From the NCBI GenBank assembly GCA_964427735.1, contig CAYRUS010000001.1, positions 226,173 to 290,172 on the forward strand: DNA of 64,000 bases, read 5' to 3'. Source of the DNA: an uncultured Gammaproteobacteria bacterium. Lineage in GTDB: Bacteria; Patescibacteriota; Microgenomatia; UBA8517. This document shows positions 58,388 to 64,000 of the stretch, one piece after another. Position 1 is the first letter of the stretch. Each line of letters begins with the position of its first letter. Under the pieces are notes generated by a model, which was not told the DNA's origin, did not search any database, and saw nothing but the letters and a program-made list of their open reading frames with translations. The position numbers and the translations under genes were made by a program.

Positions 58388-61156
58388 TCATCCAAACTGG
58401 GGGTAGTGGCATTTTTTATATTTTTTACCTGAACCGCATGGACATGGGTCATTTCTACCAACTTTTTCTTTTCTTATATTGCCATCTACATCCTTTTTTA
58501 CATTAGGTTGAATAACTTGCTTATTACTTCCTGTTTCTTGGGTAAATGCCTGAGCTCCTGCCATAGCTGCAAAATCAGAACCTCCTGCTAATCCCGTAGC
58601 ATCAGCTAAATCTTCGTTTGTTCTTGCCTGAGCAAGATCAATTTCTGGAGATTGAGAAGCAACTTGAATTCTGAAAATTCTTCTTGATAATTCTGAATCA
58701 ATTTTATCAATCAACCCCTCGAAAAGTTGGTATGCTTCATTTTTGAATTCGTTTATTGGATCTCTTTGGGCATATCCTCTAAGCCTAACCCCTTCTCGCA
58801 ATGAATCTATTTGGTCAATGTGTTCTACCCAATGATGATCAATTGAACCTAAATATGCATATTTTTCTACCTCCCTCATTACTTCACTACCTAATTGTTT
58901 TTCTCGACTTTCATATACCTTGTCAATAATTTCAGTCATTTTTTCGTGTAACTCTTTAGAATCTGATTTTTTCAATTCTTTTTTAATTTTATCAATCGAA
59001 GACTCATCAAAAGGAATAATCTCCATTAGTCCCGGTATTAATCTGTCCATATCCACGGAATCCTCTCCATTGACATTTGTAGACGTCAAAAGAATTCCAT
59101 CAACTTGGCGTTCCAACTTTTCTTTAATTTCATTCTTGAGATTATCTGATTCCAAAACTCTTCTTCTAAGTTTGTATATAATTTCTCGTTGTTGATTAGC
59201 CACATCATCGTACTCCACAACAGATTTTCTAGCGTCAAAATGAAAACCTTCAACTTTTATTTGTGCCTGCTCAATAGCACGGCTAATCATTTTGTTTTCG
59301 ATTGGCTGATCTTCTGGCAGCCTCAATCTGTCCATAAGTGAGCTTATTTGCTCTCCTCCAAAAATTCTCATTAAATCATCCTCCAGTGACAAATAAAAAC
59401 GAGTAGAACCGGGGTCACCTTGTCTTCCAGCACGTCCTCTAAGCTGATTATCAATACGCCTTGACTCATGTCTTTCAGTTCCAACTACATGAAGTCCACC
59501 AGCTTTTATTACTTTTTGGTGGTCCTCTCTCCATTTCTTGTATTCCTTGGTATTTTTATGATCTTCAATATCAACACCAGGTGGCATATCCGGAGGTGTT
59601 CCTCCTAAAACAATATCAACACCACGACCAGCCATATTTGTTGCAACTGTTACAGCACCTGGCTTACCTGCTTCTGCAATTATTAAAGCCTCTTTTTCGT
59701 GATTTTTTGCATTTAGAGTGTTATGAGGAATCTTTTTTCTTTTAAGATATTCATGAATAATTTCATTTTTTTCAATTGATGTTGTACCAACCAAAACAGG
59801 CTGACCTTTTTTGTGTTTTTCTTCGATTTCTGCAACTATTGCACCGTATTTAGCCCTTATTGTTTTGTAAACTATATCTGGTTTGTCATCACGTTTGCTT
59901 TCTCGATGAGTTGGAATTACAACTACATCAAGATCATATATTTTTTTGAATTCTTCAGCTTCGGTAGCTGCAGTTCCTGTCATACCTGCCAAAACGTCAT
60001 ACATCCTAAAGTAATTTTGGAAAGATATAGTTGCTAGTGTCTTACTTTCTTGCTGAATCTTAACTCCTTCTTTTGCTTCTACTGCCTGATGAAGACCATC
60101 ACTCCATCTTCTACCATGCATAAGACGACCTGTAAATTCATCAACAATTATTACCTGATCTTCTTTAACTACATAATTGCGATCTTTTAAATAAATTGTT
60201 TTTGCTTTTAATGAGTTTTCAATATGATGTATTGCTTCATAATCATCTTCATAAAGATTTTTGTAATTAAGTATTTTTTCTACTCGTGCAATTCCCCGCT
60301 CTGTTAAAGAAGCACTCCTTGATTTTTCGTCAACTGTATAATCTGTATCTGGGTTTAACTTTTCAACAACATCTGCAAATTTGTAATACTTTTCCGTAGG
60401 CTCCATGTCTGGAGCTGAGATAATAAGCGGTGTTCTAGCTTCGTCAATTAAGACAGAATCGACTTCGTCTACAATCGCAAAATAATGCCCTCTTTGGACC
60501 ATTCGATCAAGAGAATTAACCATATTATCTCGAAGATAATCAAAACCAAATTCGTTATTTGTTCCATAAGTTATATCCGCTGCATATGCTTCTTTTCTTT
60601 CAACAGGCTTAAGATGAGCAAGCCTCTCGTCTCCATAGCTTGTGTCATTGTGTTTACTGTCATAGATATACGAGGTCATTTCCTGAGCAATAGCTCCTAC
60701 ACTCATTCCCAACAATTCAAATATTGGCGCATTCCAACCAGCATCACGACGAGCCAAATAATCATTTACAGTAACTAAGTGGACACCTTTTCCTGTTAAC
60801 CCATGCAGATACAAAGGAAGAACTGCAGAAAGAGTTTTACCCTCACCTGTTTTTTGCTCTGCGACTTTCCCTTCCGAAAGTGCAATTCCGGACATTATCT
60901 GCACATCATAATGACGCATTCCAAGCTGTCTCCAAGATGCTTCCCTTGCCACTGCAAAAGCTTCTGGAAGCAAATCATCTAAAGATTCACCTTTTTCAAG
61001 ACGCTTTTTAAATTCAGCTGTTTTTTTAGCAAAATCTCCAGCTTTTAACTTTTTTACTTTTTTTTCTAATGCGTTAACCTCCTCAACTCTTTTGGCTAGT
61101 CGGTCTATTTCTCTTTGGTTAACATCTAAAACTTTCGTAAATAAATTCTTAAACAT
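58388..61156 (-). CDS. secA: Preprotein translocase subunit SecA
   Basis: KTGEGKT, VTVNDYLA, DEVDSVLIDEARTPLIIS, ATNMAGRG, QLRGRAGRQGDPG, SEC-C GRNDPCPCGSGKKYKKCH. Confidence 0.99.
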   Translation of the reverse strand: MFKNLFTKVLDVNQREIDRLAKRVEEVNALEKKVKKLKAGDFAKKTAEFKKRLEKGESLDDLLPEAFAVAREASWRQLGMRHYDVQIMSGIALSEGKVAEQKTGEGKTLSAVLPLYLHGLTGKGVHLVTVNDYLARRDAGWNAPIFELLGMSVGAIAQEMTSYIYDSKHNDTSYGDERLAHLKPVERKEAYAADITYGTNNEFGFDYLRDNMVNSLDRMVQRGHYFAIVDEVDSVLIDEARTPLIISAPDMEPTEKYYKFADVVEKLNPDTDYTVDEKSRSASLTERGIARVEKILNYKNLYEDDYEAIHHIENSLKAKTIYLKDRNYVVKEDQVIIVDEFTGRLMHGRRWSDGLHQAVEAKEGVKIQQESKTLATISFQNYFRMYDVLAGMTGTAATEAEEFKKIYDLDVVVIPTHRESKRDDKPDIVYKTIRAKYGAIVAEIEEKHKKGQPVLVGTTSIEKNEIIHEYLKRKKIPHNTLNAKNHEKEALIIAEAGKPGAVTVATNMAGRGVDIVLGGTPPDMPPGVDIEDHKNTKEYKKWREDHQKVIKAGGLHVVGTERHESRRIDNQLRGRAGRQGDPGSTRFYLSLEDDLMRIFGGEQISSLMDRLRLPEDQPIENKMISRAIEQAQIKVEGFHFDARKSVVEYDDVANQQREIIYKLRRRVLESDNLKNEIKEKLERQVDGILLTSTNVNGEDSVDMDRLIPGLMEIIPFDESSIDKIKKELKKSDSKELHEKMTEIIDKVYESREKQLGSEVMREVEKYAYLGSIDHHWVEHIDQIDSLREGVRLRGYAQRDPINEFKNEAYQLFEGLIDKIDSELSRRIFRIQVASQSPEIDLAQARTNEDLADATGLAGGSDFAAMAGAQAFTQETGSNKQVIQPNVKKDVDGNIRKEKVGRNDPCPCGSGKKYKKCHYPQFG
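58392..58421. repeat. 30-bp direct repeat, copy 2 (inside the secA 3' end)
   Basis: Identical to 57652-57681 and covers the YKKCHYPQF codons. Confidence 0.95.
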
Positions 61157-61342
61157 ACAGGTTTAATTTTAGCAAATTGACCTCGTCATTGCTAACATAT
61201 ATTTTGCCGATAAACTATATCACGATATTCAAAAAGAATATATAGAAAAATAAACTTTTCTATTCACTTAAAAAATCCTCTACCAACTTATTTATTACTT
61301 TATTCTCACTTTTTTCATATACTTATAGATATCAATAGAACT

Positions 61343-62497
61343 ATGAGGAAGTTTTTTGGAGCATTGCTAATATTTACTTTAATACTTTTAATTCCTCCAA
61401 TTGTAACTGCACAAAGTCCTCAATTAATTTCAAATGAAGATGTTGTTGTGATTCCAGCAGATGAAACAGTAAATAGAGACTTATTTGCTGCCTCAAAACG
61501 GGTAGAAATTTTTGGAAATATTAATGGAGATATTTTTGTTGCAGGCGGAACAATTAATATAGCAGGAAACATAGAAGGGAATGCCTACATTGCAGGTGGA
61601 GAGGTAAATATATCAGGAAACATCAATGGCAATACTTATCTTTCAGCAGGACAATCAACAATTTCAGGAACCCTTGAAAACACATTAACTGTAATGACAG
61701 GTAACTTGCAAATTTCTGAGCAGGCAACTATTGCAGGACCTGTTTCAGTAGCTGCAGGAAATGCTAATATCTCCGGGACTATTAATGACAATTTAAACAT
61801 CGCTTCCGGAAACACTACAATCACCGGAGAAATCAATGGTGATACTGTTGCAGCGACTGGAGATCTTCGCATAACTCCCCAAACACATATTGCAGGTTAT
61901 TTAATGCTTTGGAGTAGTCCTGAAATTTCGATAGACCAGAATGCAAATATCGAAGGCGATATTATTCACAAAACTATGCAATCTGATCTTGACCAAAAAG
62001 AATGGCTAGCTGCTATTACTACTTTTAATCTTTACTGGAAAATAGCAAGTTTAATTTCACTTTTTATAGTGGGATTAATATTAATAAAATTATTCCCTAT
62101 ACATCTAACCAAAAATGTAGAAGAATTAATGACAAATCCCGTAAAATCCTTTGTCATTGGTTTTTTAATTATTTTATTAGCACCTTTTATAATCCTTGCT
62201 TTATTAGTGAGTTTGATAGGAATTCCTCTTGCATTAATTTTAATTCCTCATTACTTTGTTTTACTTTACCTAGGTAAACTTCCTATTATATTTTGGCTTG
62301 GAGGAACACTTAGAAAAGATAAAGATTATAACAATTATTTATCATTAATCTTTGGAACGCTTGTTTATTTTGTATTAATTTTCATTCCTTTTTTTGGAAT
62401 GATTATAAACTGGATAGCAGTTACTTTTGGAATTGGAGCATTGGCATTATCCGTTCAAGGAGTGTATAAGAATGCACGGAACAAAAAGATTGTTTAG
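61343..62497 (+). CDS. Bactofilin-like (polymer-forming) beta-helix protein with C-terminal TM domain
   Basis: Signal peptide, repeated I.G.I.G.....GG.. units, then 4-5 TM segments. Confidence 0.8.
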   Translation: MRKFFGALLIFTLILLIPPIVTAQSPQLISNEDVVVIPADETVNRDLFAASKRVEIFGNINGDIFVAGGTINIAGNIEGNAYIAGGEVNISGNINGNTYLSAGQSTISGTLENTLTVMTGNLQISEQATIAGPVSVAAGNANISGTINDNLNIASGNTTITGEINGDTVAATGDLRITPQTHIAGYLMLWSSPEISIDQNANIEGDIIHKTMQSDLDQKEWLAAITTFNLYWKIASLISLFIVGLILIKLFPIHLTKNVEELMTNPVKSFVIGFLIILLAPFIILALLVSLIGIPLALILIPHYFVLLYLGKLPIIFWLGGTLRKDKDYNNYLSLIFGTLVYFVLIFIPFFGMIINWIAVTFGIGALALSVQGVYKNARNKKIV

Positions 62498-63147
62498 TTA
62501 GTACATATAAACATTACGTTTGCCTCTGGATAAACTACATCTACATGACTAAAGATCTTTTCTAATCTTTGACCAAACTTTACAGCTAAAGGTCTTTTTT
62601 CTCCGTAATACAACCTATTAAAAACAACTATTCCATCTTTTTCTAGTATCATTTTTAGTTTTTCCAAAAACTCATCAGTGGTAAATTGCTCAGGAACATT
62701 GTCTTGAACGTACATATCCACACAAATTAAATCATAAATTTTTTTGTTTTTGATTGCTTTATTCAGAAAATTTTCTGCATCATCAATAAATGTTTCTACT
62801 CCATAGGACTCAAGGTTCATATGTTTCTCCCCCAAGCCAACAATCACAGGATCAATATCTACGCCGGTAATTTTGGCATTACTCCATTTTTTTCTAATTA
62901 GTTTTGCAATGCTACCTCCACCAAGACCAAGTATTAAAGCAGAGTCAATTTCATTTTTGTTGCCTTTTACTCTTTTTATAGAAGTTCTCCAAACACTTTC
63001 TGCCACTCCACCAGATTGTGTTAAACCTCCACCTTTTATATAAGTCCCCCAGGCAAAATCCCTCACAACTGTCAGCTCACCGTTAATAGAAGAATTAACT
63101 TTCTCTAAAATCCTCTGACCACCTAGTATCTTATCCAATTTACCCAT
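62494..63147 (-). CDS. Spermidine-synthase-like SAM-dependent methyltransferase
   Basis: LILGLGGG, VDIDP, DA..F, YDLICVD. Confidence 0.85.
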   Translation of the reverse strand: MGKLDKILGGQRILEKVNSSINGELTVVRDFAWGTYIKGGGLTQSGGVAESVWRTSIKRVKGNKNEIDSALILGLGGGSIAKLIRKKWSNAKITGVDIDPVIVGLGEKHMNLESYGVETFIDDAENFLNKAIKNKKIYDLICVDMYVQDNVPEQFTTDEFLEKLKMILEKDGIVVFNRLYYGEKRPLAVKFGQRLEKIFSHVDVVYPEANVMFICTN

Positions 63148-63183
63148 ATTAACTATTTGTATATATATTTTAACAGATCAGTT

Positions 63184-63211
63184 TTGTCTTCGGTGTTTGT
63201 TTGGGTATAAT
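63184..63211 (+). promoter_or_regulatory. Promoter TTGTCT-16-TATAAT, 6 nt before ATG
   Basis: Read directly from the sequence; leaderless geometry. Confidence 0.6.
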
Positions 63212-63217
63212 AAAGAT

Positions 63218-64000
63218 ATGGAAAAACAACCCTTAGCAGAAAGACTAAGACCAAATAAATTGGATGAATATGTGGGACAGGAAGAAATTGTTGGTAAAAA
63301 CGCAGTTATAACCAAACTAATTTCAAATGCAAAAAAAACTTCCTTTTTCCCCTCTCTAGTTTTTTGGGGACCTCCTGGATCAGGGAAGACAACATTGGCT
63401 CGAATAATTGCTAATGAATTAGATCGTGAGTTCTATGAGTTTTCCGCAGTTAACACATCCACCAAAGACATACAGGCTGTAATAAATGAGGCAGAAAAGT
63501 TTGATAAAAACCAAATGGAGTTAATTAACAAGGGAAAAACAAAAACTAAAGCTCCAATTGTTTTCATTGACGAAATACACAGATTCAATAAAGCCCAACA
63601 AGATAAACTCCTACCTCATGTTGAAAAAGGAACAATTATTTTAATTGGAGCGACAACTGAAAATCCTTCATTTGAAGTCATTGGGCCCCTTTTGTCTAGA
63701 TCAAGAGTATTAGTCTTAAAACAGCTCGCAGAAAAAGATTTAGATGAAATTATCGAAAGAGGCTTAGATGAACTTAATAAGAAAATTGAACCGGATGCAA
63801 GGTCATTTTTAATAGAAGCTTCAAATGGTGATGCAAGAGTTTCTCTGACTGTTTTGGAGATTGGAGCAAATCTAGCAACTGGAAAAGTTATTATGCTAAA
63901 AGACATAGAGCAAGCTTTGCAAAGAAGGCAATTAAACTTTGATAAGCATGGAGACGAATTTTATAACTTAATATCTGCATTTATAAAAAGTATGAGGGCA
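63218..64000 (+). CDS. rarA: Replication-associated recombination protein A (AAA+); runs off the right edge
   Basis: Not in ORF track: MEKQPLAERLRP...VGQ, FWGPPGSGKTT, FIDEIHRFNKAQQD.LLP.VE.G, IGATTENPSFEV...LLSR. Confidence 0.95.
   Translation, partial: MEKQPLAERLRPNKLDEYVGQEEIVGKNAVITKLISNAKKTSFFPSLVFWGPPGSGKTTLARIIANELDREFYEFSAVNTSTKDIQAVINEAEKFDKNQMELINKGKTKTKAPIVFIDEIHRFNKAQQDKLLPHVEKGTIILIGATTENPSFEVIGPLLSRSRVLVLKQLAEKDLDEIIERGLDELNKKIEPDARSFLIEASNGDARVSLTVLEIGANLATGKVIMLKDIEQALQRRQLNFDKHGDEFYNLISAFIKSMRA

Overview
AT-rich chromosomal segment using standard code 11 (TGA is a stop). The gene content suggests a Patescibacteria/CPR bacterium, probably Microgenomates; this is an inference. 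Core genes are trmD, tsaE/tsaB, ftsEX with an M23-type hydrolase, prfB, FKBP, secA and rarA. Between them lie two glycosylation/polysaccharide clusters, one with a 1563-aa GT2-GT2-flippase-GT4 fusion, plus a MacAB-like transporter and a CsoR-type copper locus. A defence island carries an EcoRI-family MTase, an RloC-like ABC-ATPase/HEPN protein and a DUF262-HNH nuclease. The most striking locus is 33487-38940: three secreted proteins built from the same ~85-90-aa Asn/Gly-rich repeat with Cys-Cys linkers, a sortase, an internal hairpin and a structured leader. It is a candidate sortase-anchored beta-solenoid or amyloid-like fibre system. Signals outside the ORF track include two duplicated gene 3'-ends (recombination scars at secA and at a GT2-GtrA gene), a Cys-Cys-Cys leader peptide beside the copper locus, a frameshifted orphan, a DUF2292-like small gene, a REP-like palindrome, a candidate ncRNA and widespread leaderless promoter architecture. 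I saw no tRNA, rRNA, CRISPR array, integrase or transposase. All family calls come from motif recognition by eye, not from database searches.
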